Of a stretch of 64,000 nucleotides of DNA, positions 49,611 through 62,226 are shown piece after piece. Made by a program: the position numbers and the translations under genes. A model generated the notes under the pieces. That model did not search any database and had not been told where the DNA came from. It saw only the letters and a program-made list of their open reading frames with translations. Origin of the DNA: Callorhinchus milii (Eukaryota); contig NW_024704743.1 of assembly GCF_018977255.1 (NCBI RefSeq), positions 76,820,001 through 76,884,000 on the forward strand, written 5' to 3'. Numbering within the stretch: the stretch's first letter is position 1; the number at the start of each line of letters is the position of its first letter.

Positions 49611-49880
49611 GAGCCCCTAGGCTCTGGAACTCTATCCCCCAGTGCCTTCGCCGCCTCCTCCTTTTCCTCCTTCAAGGCCGGTCTCAAGACCTTTCTCTTT
49701 GACCGCGCCTTCAGCTCCCCTCTCGACTCTCTACCCCCTCCTCGCTCACTCCCTTCCCTCCCCTCACCCTGACCATTTCCCCCCTGCTCGGGTCCTGACC
49801 CAACTGTACAGCGCCTTGGGACGTCCTCCCGACGTGAAAGGCGCTCAATAAGTGGAATCTTGTTGTTGTTGTTGTTGTTG
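49611..49880 (+). mobile_element. Young L2 3' end
   Basis: Closely similar to 19697-19963 by eye. Confidence 0.92.
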
Positions 49881-50147
49881 ATATCCGAGTACTACACCTC
49901 TGCTCTGTCTGAGAGGAGCCTGGACAACTGCAGCCAGCCACTGGTAGCTACACATATATATGTCTGGTGTATGTATACCAGTTTCTATTTTTCTCATGGA
50001 AAATTATTTAAGTGTATCATGTTGATGGTATCAATCAGAAAGCGGAGGCTCCTTGGGGCTGAGATGGTAATGGAATTGAGTCAAGTATCTATGGTAGTCT
50101 TGGAGGACAAGAGGTGGGAATCTTACCAGATAGTAATAAATAAATAT

Positions 50148-50440
50148 TAATCCTTGCATTTGATATAGCGCCTTATCATGTCTTCTAGACGTCTCAAAGA
50201 GCTTCACAGAATATACTGTAAAGTTAATTGACTGTTTTGTGAGCGAAACGTGGCAGCCAATTGGGCACAGCAGTATCCCAAAACAGTCGTGGATTGAAGT
50301 GAAGTTATTACTGTTTTTTTTCTTGAGGGATTATTATCAGGTGTGTGGAGTAAGGAAACTTGACCAAGGTTTTGCTCTGCCGGGAATCGAACGCAGGTGT
50401 CTCGCTTGTGAGGCTAGTACTCTCAATGGTGAGCTCTATG
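50148..50440 (-). mobile_element. tRNA-headed Deu-type SINE
   Basis: Reverse complement of the 16681 family. Confidence 0.85.
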
Positions 50441-52011
50441 GTAGTTGATTAAACTCCAGCAGTACGCAACACACACTTTGGCTCTTGTAAATCTGTGCCT
50501 AATAGTCTTCAGAATTAGGTAAGCGGGATGCATCCCTCAAGGGAGAGAGTGCACAGTCCATTCCAGACTCAGGGAATTTTCCATGCATTGGCGACATACA
50601 TATACAGAACCCAGTATGGTTTGGATACTCTTAATCATGGTTTCCATTTGTGTCAGACAACCAAAAAAATCATTCAGTTGAATAACCAGACTCTCTAATA
50701 ACTGCGGTGGATGGGAGAGCCATTTAGCTGAGAAGTGCAGACAGCTTACTTTCCCGAGATGCCTGCAAAGGAACTGGTGCAGAGCTGTTGTACTGGTCCT
50801 GATTAGACACTTTGGCCTGTTGAGAACAGTTACAGTTCTTGTTAGCAGTGTGATTCCTGTTGTGTGTCAACCATACGATTGCTAAATTCCCTTTATGGCA
50901 GGGCCAAGGGCATAACTGTTTAACAAATCAGTTACAGCTGCACCAATCCTCTTGGCATTTTAGGAGACTGATTACATTGAACCCAAGCGGCACTGGTCTG
51001 AGTGTGGAGAAGGAGCCATGGCTTACCATGCTCAGCCTGAACTGTGAGATTCAACCCCATTTACATCATGAGATGCCCTGTGTCGTTCACCAGCCTCAAT
51101 AGCGTGCTTCATGTACAGACACAATGACAAATAAATGTGAACCTCTGCACACATATTCTAACTTCATGGCTGGTTATGGGACATTGCTGTGGGCAAATTA
51201 TCTGCACGTTTGTTCACAAAATTTGCAGTCATTACATTCTGCAGTATATTCTGTGAAGTCCTTTGAGATGACCTCCCAATATAAAAGCGAATCAAATGGA
51301 AGGATTATTATTATATAACACTTTAAGCGTGAACCATGGTACAATTTTTCATATTGTACTTTAGTCGAAGTGTTTCTATTCTTTGTAACCATAGCAACAC
51401 ACAATGAAACAAGTCATGCTCTGGACTATTGGGATTGAGTGTGCATGTAACTTGTGGCACACTTAACCATTGGCATAGATGGAGTTTTTTTTACAATAGA
51501 GAAGGTTGTTTTAAGAGGAAAAGATTTTATCAGGAATCAATTAACATCGGAGAAGAATACAATCCTTCCCCACATTTCCTCAGAAGTCAGAGCTCTGATC
51601 CAGTAGCCTGTTAACAGAGCTTAGGTTACAATTCATTCACAGTTTTATTATTTTATTAGTTGGAGGGCCAAGGTCCACAGTGCAGGAGACCACCAAAGTT
51701 GCAAAAGAAGGGGAGAACAGGTGAGATAAAATCAAGAGCTAAGCAGTGCCAAACTCAGCAACTAAAAGCTAGCAGACTTTAGGGGGATGTTAAGATATGT
51801 AAAATACATTCATCAGAAAGTGTAGAACCAGGAGTTATTGTGGAAACACTGGGTGATCTTCAAAGGTAAGAAACTTGATACCCCCAGAATAATCGCCCAC
51901 ACGAGGGTGCTGCTCACTGAACCAGCCTAGAGAGGATGTGGGTAATGGATGCGGAGAGCCTGGTGTGGGAGGAAATATGGATTATAGAGTTTTTTTTAGT
52001 TGGAACTTATT

Positions 52012-52121
52012 TCGCCCACAAATATATGGTCAATTCACTTTACAGTATATTCTGTGAAGCGCTTTGAGACGTCTAAAAGACGTGAAAGGCACTATATCAA
52101 ATGCAAGGATTATTATTATTA
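52012..52121 (+). mobile_element. Deu-type SINE 3' fragment
   Basis: cgcccacaaatatatggtcaattcactttacag...caaggattattattatt. Confidence 0.8.
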
Positions 52122-53811
52122 TTGAGGATAGATCTCAAGACAAGGAGAGTCTATTCATCTCGGGTTATTGCCTGGATCGAACTTGTAGCACTCTCGCTCC
52201 TGAGTTAGATGATTGTGAATTCAAGCCCCACTTCAGGATGTTGAACTCCCATAGTCCACTTCACTACAGTGCTAATAAAACGCTCCATTGTCAAAGGTGC
52301 TGGTATGAGATGTTGAACCAATGTCCTGTCTGCTTGTGCTGGTGGACGGTAAAGATCCCATAGCACTATTTGTAAAGAGAAGGGAGTTTTGCCTGGTGAC
52401 CTGGTCAACAATTCCTAGATAAAATTGCCACTTCATGGCTGTCAATGCACAGTATACTTTACACTAATTCCCATGAAGCACTTTGAGATGACGTGAATAG
52501 CTCTGTATCAAATTAAAGAAATCTTGATTCCTGTTTGTTCACATGTGTACTTAGGAAAAATTAGCACCATTGGTTGTGATGTGGGCGTGTACTCAATTTA
52601 AAATTCTCTCTGAAATCACAACTTTGTCTGGAATCTGAGATCTCAGTGCAGAACTTCAGACGTGTGTAACCAGCGTGTGTAGCCTTATGCTATACTGTAT
52701 TCCTCATGTGACCTCACCAGTTATCTAGAACTGACTATAAAACTTCTTTTGACTTTTAGTCGAAAGCCCTTTATTTCACCACGATCCACATCACTAATTT
52801 ACATTTTACGTTAGGAGGATATTTCAAAGCACTGCACACAGCTGACTTAAAAGCCTGAGCTGATAGGCGGGAAGCAGAAAGTAAGCCAAAAGCACGATCA
52901 AGTAGGTAGGTCTAGAAGTGAGTTTTGATAGCAGGAAATGAGGGGCAAGTGGAGGGATTGTGGAATGGCATTCCCTAGAGCAAAAACAGAGTGACTGATA
53001 GCTGACCGAGTTACAGTGGCTGACAGCAATAGTTACACAAGTGAAACCTTAAGAGAATGATCAAGATTCACACCTGAACCCTATTTCTTCTTCATCTCTG
53101 CTCATGGTCATCTCTGCATCCTGTACATATTTCCTATTCTTTTTTCCAGCATTACATTTATTACCTTGTGTTTATCTGTGATAAATCCGTCTGCTACTAT
53201 TTGGTCCATCTGCTCAATCTATTTAACTTCTAAAGGAGAATGATCAGACACAAAATGCCCTTGGGAAAAATGTGCCTGTTTGGAAGGTTCGATTCCTTCT
53301 ATACGCCCCACTTCACTCCCCATTCTGGCCTCCCCAAGCCATGCGCTCCCTTCCCTGCACACAGGAGCACAAAGTCTACTTCCAGGGCTTGATCCATATC
53401 ATTGGAACTGGCTGCCAGGTATTTGGGAGCCGCTTGAGGATTACTCTTGCTCTGAGTTTTCCCTCACTCTGACACAGCTAAGATCAAGGAAACACCAGGG
53501 ATTCTTGACCTGTGTGATTCTCTGGACTAAATGGTGTGTGCCACGAATAAGCCACCATTGTTTAAGATAATTTTGTCCCAAAGTTTCTCCTGTGACTAGA
53601 AAATAGATGGGAGTTTCTTTTGCTTTCCTGGCCAACAATCCCCCAGATAAAATTGGTCGTTCCCTTCATGGCTGATAATGGGACATTGCTGTGTGCAAAT
53701 TGGCTTCCTCATCAGCCTACAAATATAGTCACTGCACTTGTAATAATACTGTGAAGCTCTTTAAGACAACTCAATCAGTGATAAGGTGTTCTATATTAAA
53801 TGCAATAGAGC

Positions 53812-54050
53812 ACTCCAGCAGTACCCCAACGCACATTCTGGGGTCCTCAAGCCTTGGCTCTTGCCAACCTGCGCCTAATATATTCTGGAATTAGGAAAGC
53901 AGGATGCGTTCCTCCAGGTAGAACATGCACATGCCTTTCCAACAATCTATCTCTGGGATTTCCTTACGTAGGTGGGATGCACGGAAATCTCAGTTTGCTT
54001 TGGATATTCTCAAGCATGGTGATGGGTTTCCGCGTGTGTCAGACACCCCC
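53812..54050. repeat. Unclassified dispersed repeat; other copies at about 50453-50662, 4310-4460, 43704-43895 (inverted) and 1478-1540 (inverted)
   Basis: Collinear shared blocks actccagcagtac, gcctaata..gaattagg.aagc.ggatgc, gggtttccg.gtgtgtcagacacc. Confidence 0.75.
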
Positions 54051-54823
54051 AAAAAAACCTAATGCAAGGTTATGATTATGATGTAATTTTAACATTCCCA
54101 GGTAGCTGGGAGTATCCACAGTGGACTGCTCGAAACACCTCTCTGTGAGAGAGTTGGACGTGCACTTGGAATGGGACACTCCATGATTTCCCCAACTTTT
54201 TAACAAATGAGATTTTACATCTCTTTAAGTGTCACCAGCAACAGGTCTTACACCAGTGGAGAGATGATCAATTATCCTTATGTTTAAATACCAATTGTCC
54301 TGAATAATGGGAAACTTTAACCTGTGAGTAGCTTCAGACGTTTTGAAATAATTCTGTATTTTCTCCTGTGCTACACATAATACTATTGTGCGTTGGCCTG
54401 GCTTAGTTAGCGGCACTCTGTTTGTTCAGGTAAATGTTAAAGATGCCCATAGCACACAGCCCCCATCTGCAGCTCAGGTACAAACCTTAGACTATCCAGC
54501 ACCTTGGGATGTCCTCCCAATGTGGAAGGCGCTATATAAATATAAAATTCTAATTTGTATTGTATTGTAAAGCACTGTCAAAATGCAATTATTTTTCTTT
54601 CCCAATCAAATAAAACTAAAACAGCACCTTCTAAAGAGTTCAGCATTGGTTGATAGCATTTATTAAGTTTAGAACCTTTATATGTCCTTACTTGAGAAGG
54701 ATTGATTGAAGCATCCAAATAAGTTTAAGGCTGCTTTATCTGATCTCTTGAGTGAATTCAATCCTGAAAAGTGGGGCCAAAGTAAGCCTGTTTTGTGTGA
54801 AACTGTAAATGCCTACTTTCTAC

Positions 54824-55066
54824 CTCCTCGCCATCAATGGAGGTCGCGCATTCAGCCATTACGCCCTGAAACTCTGGAACACTCTCCCTCAATCCCTCTG
54901 CCTTTCCCCGTCTCTCCCCTTTTTCAAGTCTCATCTGAAAGCCTTCTTTTTCGACTGTGCTTATGGCCACCTCCCCCCAGCTCGGAGTCAGGCTCCGCCA
55001 CTGTTAAGTCCTCTGAGACGTTTTCCTGGGTGGAGGGTGCGATATACGTGCAAGTTGTTGTTGTTG
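54824..55066 (+). mobile_element. L2 3' end
   Basis: GGRAFSHYALKLWNTLP, LKAFFF; (gtt)n tail. Confidence 0.85.
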
Positions 55067-55631
55067 CTGCAGCAAAGACTGGATTATTATTTACCAACAA
55101 ACGATCAACGTTGAACAACCACAACCAAAATAACAACATCAACTTGCATTTATATAGCGCCCCTCACACAGGGTAGCGTCCTGGAGCGTTTAGCGCCCAA
55201 TGTAGCGTCTTGAAGTGCTTCACAAAAATAGGTGGATGCCGAGCAAAGGAGAAGTGACTGTAGATGTGGTCAAAGAGATAGGTTGTTAGGTAGGATTTAA
55301 GGACGTGTTAGAGATGGAGGCATGGAGGGAAGGGGTTCCAGAAGGTGGTGACATGGTAGTTGAAAGGATTTTTTTTTTTTTGCCTTGCCTATCGTGGCAG
55401 GTTCTATTCGTGTAGCATTTCATGTCTTCATAGTTTATTGTTCTAATGCAGATTACCTGAGAACATATTACCATATTCTATGCCATTTACTTTGGGCTAT
55501 TTATAGGATTGTTTGGAGGCTCAACAAATGCAGACATAAAGTTCAGTCACCCCCTGGCTTACCGAACTCCGAATATGAACCTGGTCTGAAACAATAATAA
55601 CAATTCTTTGAACTGTACTGTACGCATGTAC

Positions 55632-55860
55632 AACAACAACAACAACAAGATTCCATTTATAGAGCGCCTTTCACGTCAGGAGGACGTCCCAAGGCGCTGC
55701 ACAGTTGGGTCATGACCCGAGCAGGGGGGAAATGGTCAGGGTGAGGGGAGGGAAGGGAGGGAGAGAGGAGGGGGGAAATGGTCAGGGTGAGGGGAGGGAA
55801 GGGAGGGAGCGAGGAGGAGGAAGAGAGTCGAGAGGGGAGCTGAAGGCACGGTCAAAGAGA
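55632..55860 (-). mobile_element. Young L2 3' end with an internal 46-bp tandem duplication
   Basis: Reverse complement of the 19780-19963 type; duplicated unit at 55723-55768 and 55769-55814. Confidence 0.9.
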
Positions 55861-56931
55861 AAAAAAAAAAAGAGAAAAAAGACAGCTTAGCGTGCACCAA
55901 CACCATGCTGAGCAATTGCATCATGCTTGCTGGACTCCACAGTGGCCAGGGATCGACTTTGACTCAGATTGTTCCCACAAATGTCCCACAAACAGGCATG
56001 GAATCTATTGGAGAGGATGGGAGGTAAGACAGGGTGGACATTATTTCTGGTGGTCCAGGGATCTAAAACAAAGGGCATTTTAGAATAAATCTATGTTGTC
56101 CAGAACAGAGATCAGGACAAACGTTTGGGAGCAGCAGCTGCCCTTCTCTCTGGAACTCAGTCCCTTGCCTCTTCCTTAGCTGCCTTAAGACCTTTCTCTT
56201 TGACCATGCTTTCAGCCAATTTTCCCCTCCTCTCCTTAGCTCCCTCCAGCAAATGTTAAAGATCCTATTCCACTATTAGGAAAGATAAGGGAATTTCTCT
56301 CCCAGTGTGCTAGCCAGAAATCTTCCAGGAAAAATGATCATTGCTTCACTATTGGAGCTTACTGTGTACAAATTAGCTGCTGCATTTGCCTATATTAATC
56401 AGTCACTACACTTAACAATAGTTACCTGTGAAAGTGCTTTGGACCATTTCAATGTTTTAGATACCACAGCATTGAGTGTAAAGAATGGGGTTGTAATGTT
56501 TCTTACATTATAAAGGAAGCCCACTAGAGGGTGCGGTAGATTCATCTGGTCCAGAGCCGTCAAGAATGTTACTCCAGTGAGGCAGCTCAGCCCTGCTGCA
56601 GCATCATGTTACCTACTTAGGTGGTCTTGCTGGAGGCACATTCTCTCCCAATCCTGAGATTTTCTTGTCAAACCTACACTCTCTGGAATGAAATCGCTGC
56701 AAATACCCCTTGCACAACAGGGACATTGTATATGTTATAGATGATACCCATAATTGGACAGGGTATTGGAAGAGGGGAGATATTCAGCCCGAAGATTTGT
56801 CACCTTAATGAATTTGCTTCCTTCTTCACTCTATAAAAACAAAACTCAAGAGTGATTTTCAGTATTGCTTGCTGCATGCCCAATTACTGCTCTGTCAAGA
56901 AAGAGCTTTCATTTTTATAGCACGTGGAACA

Positions 56932-57345
56932 TAATAATATTAATAATAATCCTTGCATTTGATATAGCGCCTTTCATGTTAGGAGGATGTCTAAAAGTAC
57001 CCATCACAGGATTTACTGTAAAGTAAATATCTCAATGTATTCACTGTTGTCGTAGTGACTGTGTATTTTATAAACAAATATGGCTGCCATTTTGCACACA
57101 GCAAAGTTCCACAAACAGCCATGAAATGTGTGACCAATAAATCCAGAGGAATCCAATAAAGTGAGGAATAACTCCCCTCTATTTTTGAACAGTGATGTTT
57201 TTAACATCCACCTGAAAAAAAGGCAAAGAGTCACTGGTTTAATTAATATCTTATCTGGAGGACAGGACTTGCAAGATTGCAGTGCTCCCTCTTATTGAAC
57301 TAGAGTATCAGCTTGGACTATGAATTCAAATCCTGATGTGGGGCA
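56932..57345 (-). mobile_element. Older Deu-type SINE; donor of the 61-bp templated insertion
   Basis: (taa)n, ccttgcatttgatatagcgcctttca, ttgcacacagcaaagttccacaaacagc. Confidence 0.8.
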
Positions 57346-57762
57346 CGATTAGGGAAGCACGCCACTGGTAACAGCTTGTGCCCATCTCAATAGCTTGTTA
57401 TTTCAGACTTTGAAAGTCAGGCTTGAGTGACCAGGAATATGTTAGACGTAAAATTGTTTTTGCAGTTTATTTCCAAATCAATAAGAATCAATAGATCAAT
57501 TTTCTATATGCAAATTGACTGCTGTGTTTGTTTACACTGCACTTTACAGGAAAAACCTGGTTAAGCGCTGTTGAGATGTTTTGATGTGATAAAGCGCTAT
57601 TTTAAATGGCAGATTTTATATAACAAGTTTGCACACTTCCCACCCTACCTTCCTGATTGAACTAAGAGTGAGAGTGGATGGGAAAACGATTGATGAATGT
57701 GGTTGTATGTAAATGTTACAGATAAAACCTAATTTTATTCAATGCAATTGTTTTGCTTGCAG

Positions 57763-57893
57763 GTCCTGTGTCACGGATATGTGTGAGTGTCCCATACACA
57801 AGAACTGTTACTGTGAGTCATTGATGGCTTATTCTCGAGCCTGCCAGAGAGACGGTATCCAAGTCCGCTGGAAGCCAGAGCAGAACTGTTTTG
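57763..57893 (+). CDS. BMPER: BMPER exon 14 equivalent: [43 protein letters not shown]
   Basis: gcttgcag| acceptor, TTTG|gtaagt donor, 131 nt. Confidence 0.96.
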
Positions 57894-57903
57894 GTAAGTG
57901 AAT

Positions 57904-58935
57904 ATCATATCATAGAATCATAGAATGTTACGCACAGAAGGAGGCCATTCGGCCCATTGAGTCTGTGCCGGCTCTTTGACAGAGCAACTGACTTTTATTA
58001 ACCCCACTCACCAGCTTTCTCCCCATAACCCTGCAAACCTGTCTTCTCCAGATACCTATCCAGTTCTCTCTTAAAAGCTGCTATCGAATCGGATTTCAAT
58101 GCCCTTTCGGGCAGATCATTCCAAATTCTAACAACTCGCTAAGTGAAAACATTTCTTCTAACCTCCCCTCTGCTTCTTTTGGTAGAAATCTTAAGACTGT
58201 GACCATGAGTCACAGACACATCTACCAGCGGAAACAGCTTTTCCCTATCTAGCCTGTCGTGATCTTGAAGACCTCTATCAGGTCCCCGCGTAACCTTCTC
58301 TGCTCTAATGGGAAAAGTCCTAACTTTTCCAGCCTGTCCTCATAGCTAAGCTTCCCCATTCCTGGTACCATTTTCATGAATCTCCTCTGCACCCTTTCCA
58401 GTGCCTTAATATCCTTCCTGAGGTAAGGTGCCCAGAACTGGATGCAGTACTCCAGCAGTACTCCATGAAATGTGTGACCAATAAATCCAGAGGAATCCAA
58501 TAAAGTGAGGAATAACTCCCCTCAGTGTTTTGTACAGATTAAGCATAACTTCCCTACTCTTATACTCTATGCCCCTACTAATGAAGCTCAGTACACCAAA
58601 TGCCCTTTTTTCTGCCCTATCTACCTGCTCTGCCACCTTCAATGAATCGCTTACTTGAACGCCCAGATCTCTCTGTATGTTCACCCCCCTTAAGATTGAG
58701 CTACCAAGCCTATACTGCCTCCTATCATTTTTCCTACCTAAGTGTATCACCTCACACTTATCTACATTGAAATCCATCTGCCACATTTCAGCCCATTCCA
58801 CCATTCTGTGTATGTCTGCCTGCAGTCCGTCACAATCTTCTTCACTATTTACTTCCCTACCTAACTTGGTATCATCTGCAAACTTGGAAATAGTGCTCCC
58901 TATGCCCAAGTCCAGATCATTAATATAATATCAGC
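57904..58935 (-). mobile_element. 5'-truncated CR1 (RT C-terminus + 3'UTR) immediately downstream of the exon 14 donor
   Basis: SKFADDTKL, KCEVIHLG, RDLGV, EYCIQFWAP, RLRGDLIEVFKI; (ATTCTATG)n tail at about 57909-57926. Confidence 0.93.
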
Positions 58936-59874
58936 ATTGGTTTAAAGGGAGCTGAGTAAATGTGGCCACTGCTGTTCTCTCAGAATATGTTGTTTTTGTG
59001 CATATAGAACTATTATTATTGCCATCTCTATGTGCTGTAAACAAGCCGGTGAAGAAAAGAGGTGGTGTAGTCAGTTAGTCCCTGAATATCTGTTTTAGTG
59101 TCAAAAAAGAAAAAAAACTGATAGATTTAAAGGATTGACTGAGGAACAGGTTAGCACACTGAGTGAGCTCCAGAACTGAGAGTTCAAATCCTCCTGATTG
59201 CAGGAATGCCTCCTCTAACCAATGCCTTTAAGGTTGGTGCAATGCAACATGTGGGTGTGGTCCAATCCCAGACACTAGTAGGTGTGGACTTCCAGCAGAA
59301 AACTAACCCTAAATTGGCAGTCACATTAGAATGACCATAAAAATATTGATAAAATTGCAGGAAACATCTAATCTTATTGCAACTAACGGCAACTTTCATT
59401 TATACAGTACCCTTCACGTAGCATAATGTCTCAGAGCGTTTCACAAAAAGGGGTTGAACGCTGAGTGGGAGGGGGGAGGAGACGGCAGGTGTGGTTGAAG
59501 AGGTAGATAATTAAAGGTTGGGAGGATTACTAGGACTAATGATAAGGAACAAGAACAAATGAGTTTTTTCTAATCTGACTGAAAGAGATCACTGTGTAGG
59601 AAAAAGAACAATGAGTTTGATGTGATTGTGTTGAAATTGTTACAAAATGCTGCTAACTTTACCCAAATATGCTTTAAGGTAAGAGATCAGAGAACAAAGT
59701 GTTTCTCCTCTGGGGGCAGGAATTGAATCCAGCCCAGACAGATGGGAAGAATGTTTCTCTACCTGGTAGCATCGTATATGAAATAAGATTGAGGTCTAAA
59801 ACTAGATCAACAACAACATCTTCATGGAAATAAGACTGCAGCACAATTGTCCCTGTATTTACTCTATCCTTGAA

Positions 59875-60177
59875 AATCCTTGCATTTGATATAGTACTTT
59901 TCACGTCTTCTAGACGTCTCAAAGCGCTTCACAGAATATACTATAAAGTGAATTGACTGTATATTTTGTGGGTGAAACCCAGCAGCCAATTGCACGCAGG
60001 AGTGTCCCACAAACAGTCATGGATTGAAGTGACTAATTTAGTATTCCTTTTTTTTCTTGAGGGATCATTATCAGGCAGGTGGATAAGGAAACTTGCCCAA
60101 GATTTCGCCCTGCTGGGAATCGAACCCAAGTCTCTCGCTTATGAGGCGAGTGCTCTAACCACTGAGTTACAGGCCTC
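59875..60177 (-). mobile_element. tRNA-headed Deu-type SINE
   Basis: Reverse complement of the 16681 family. Confidence 0.88.
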
Positions 60178-60657
60178 TCTGACTGAAAGAGATCACTGGG
60201 TGAAAAAAATAAAACTTTATCATATTAGTGTAGTCAGAGCTGCATACTGAGTCTAAGGTTACGGGATGTTGTTGATTCAGTGAAGTGGGAGCTCTCCTTT
60301 GCTTCTGACTGTGCTCCAGCTGACTCCAGCCCGAATGCTCACTGGGGATTACCCATTGCTGACACGAATGCCTGGAATAGGAAAGTACACTATCTCTGAG
60401 AACTAACATCTTTGATCAAAATATTTTCCACTCCCCTCCCCACCTCCATCAAGAAAATCTTAGGCATAATATATAAGTCCTGTCTTAAGGTAACCTTAAA
60501 GAAAACGATAAATCTCATTGTAAAAGGAAAAAGAAAAGAGCAATATGTGCTGCAGTAATCACTGTTGTCTTTTATATACTTTCACTCCATTATAAGTAAC
60601 TGTAGGAAACCTATATTCATGCTGATGCTGATTTTGTTTTACATATTAAACTTTCAG

Positions 60658-60839
60658 CTACTCAGTGCAAACATGGAGCTGTCTATGATACCTGTGGTCC
60701 CGGCTGCACCAAGACCTGTGAGAACTGGAATGATATTGGTCCTTGCAGTAAGCCATGTGTTGCAGGATGCCATTGCCCAGCCAGCTTGGTTCTTCACAAA
60801 GGAAGGTGTATAAAGCCTGCCCTTTGTCCTCGTCGATAA
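60658..60839 (+). CDS. BMPER: BMPER last coding exon (15 equivalent): TIL domain and TAA stop
   Basis: ctttcag| acceptor; [59 protein letters not shown]. Confidence 0.97.
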
Positions 60840-61530
60840 CTCAGGACTCCAGAACTTGTGACCAATATCGATGGTTAGGAAACAGCTTTGCATCACCCTC
60901 CATTCAAGGACTTGTATGTATCCATATCTACGTCAAGTTTACAAAGGAAAAGAGGACTGTATATATATTTTCATTATGAGGCAATTGCCAGTTTACTGGT
61001 AGAGAAAATATGTAAACTACTTGCTGAGTGTATAAACAGACTAAATCTTTAAATTAATATAAAGAAAAATGGACTAAAATAAGTCAAACAAAATCCTTTA
61101 TTTTGCTTTTCTGCAGCATTTGAGAGAAAAGAATCTTTCTGAAAGTTTAAAAAGGCAAGGGACTTGGCATTGTGACTGCATGATCGGACAAGTTGGCAAA
61201 TATCTGCCTTGGAGCTGATTCTGAAATGAGTGTTTAGTGCCTCGTGGCTGTTTTGAGTCAGGGTGCACGTGAACACTTCAAAGACAGACAATTCTTATTC
61301 TGTTGTAGGATTAGCAGTGCAAATAGTGTATAAGGAGCCATTGCCACAATCATCAGGGATGTCCAAAAACCTTGGCAGTAGAGAGGGGGAGGGTAGGGCA
61401 GAACTTTGCAACTGCAGGAAGATATGGTGCATTTAGAACAGAGTGTGGTTATATTGAATTCCAGGACATGTTCTGTTGCTGTCCACCTATCGTTTCAGCA
61501 GGTGATGTTCTGGCATAGAAAACAGGGACA

Positions 61531-61536
61531 AATAAA
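61531..61536 (+). terminator. Candidate BMPER polyadenylation signal (3'UTR of about 0.7 kb)
   Basis: First AATAAA I found after the stop codon, followed by T/GT-rich sequence; recognisable repeats resume after about 61930. Confidence 0.6.
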
Positions 61537-62067
61537 TGTGCTGTGAATTTGTCATCTTGTTAAACTTATTGTGTGACCACCATTTCAAACTTGAATGCCC
61601 TTCAGTTCAAATATGATCCAAAGGCCATGCGTATCTCCCGGGCAAAACAGCGTTCACAGAATGTGTGGAGAAAGGATCGTTCTGAAGTTTCCCTTCCTTG
61701 CTGCAACCAAAGATGCCTTCACCCTTCACCACTGAGCCTGATGTTTTGCCACTTAATGCCATTATGTTTTTCAGGCCTTTTCAGCAGTGTTTCACATGTG
61801 TTCTAATACTCCAAAGACCATTGGTAACATTAAAGAATGTGAGATGTTTCTGATTTTGATAAAAGCTTTGTTTTCTCATGCAATTACTTTTATTTCTCTG
61901 CTGGGATTGTCTGGTGGGGTGGATTTCTGCTATTAGGAACATGAGAACAGGAGTAGGTCATTCTAATCGTCAAGTTTGTTCATCCACACAGTTTCACAGC
62001 ACTGCCTGTTTTCAGCAGGGAAGCTAGGACTATAAATTGACATCCATCAGCCCAGTATTCAGGTCAG

Positions 62068-62226
62068 GTGGATTGAAGTGACCAATTTAATATTGTTTTT
62101 TTTCTTGAGAAATTATTATCCGGCGTGTGGAGTAAGGAAACTTACCCAAGGTTTTGCTCTGCCGGCAATCGAACCCAGATCTCTCGCTTGTGAGGCGAGT
62201 GCTCTAACCCCTGAGCTACAGGACTC
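62068..62226 (-). mobile_element. Deu-type SINE 5' half (tRNA head)
   Basis: ggagtaaggaaacttacccaagg...atcgaacccag...ctgagctacaggactc. Confidence 0.82.

Larger units (their letters stand above)
2672..60839 (+). other. BMPER: BMP-binding endothelial regulator (crossveinless-2) gene, 3' part with 12 coding exons; the 5' exons lie upstream of the window
   Basis: Twelve AG/GT-bounded exons (83, 91, 83, 100, 110, 138, 105, 46, 327, 337, 131, 182 nt) splice with compatible phases into one open frame ending ...[10 protein letters not shown]. Order is VWC repeats, [14 protein letters not shown], vWD (CGLCGNYNG), TIL, collinear with vertebrate BMPER as recalled. Confidence 0.97.
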
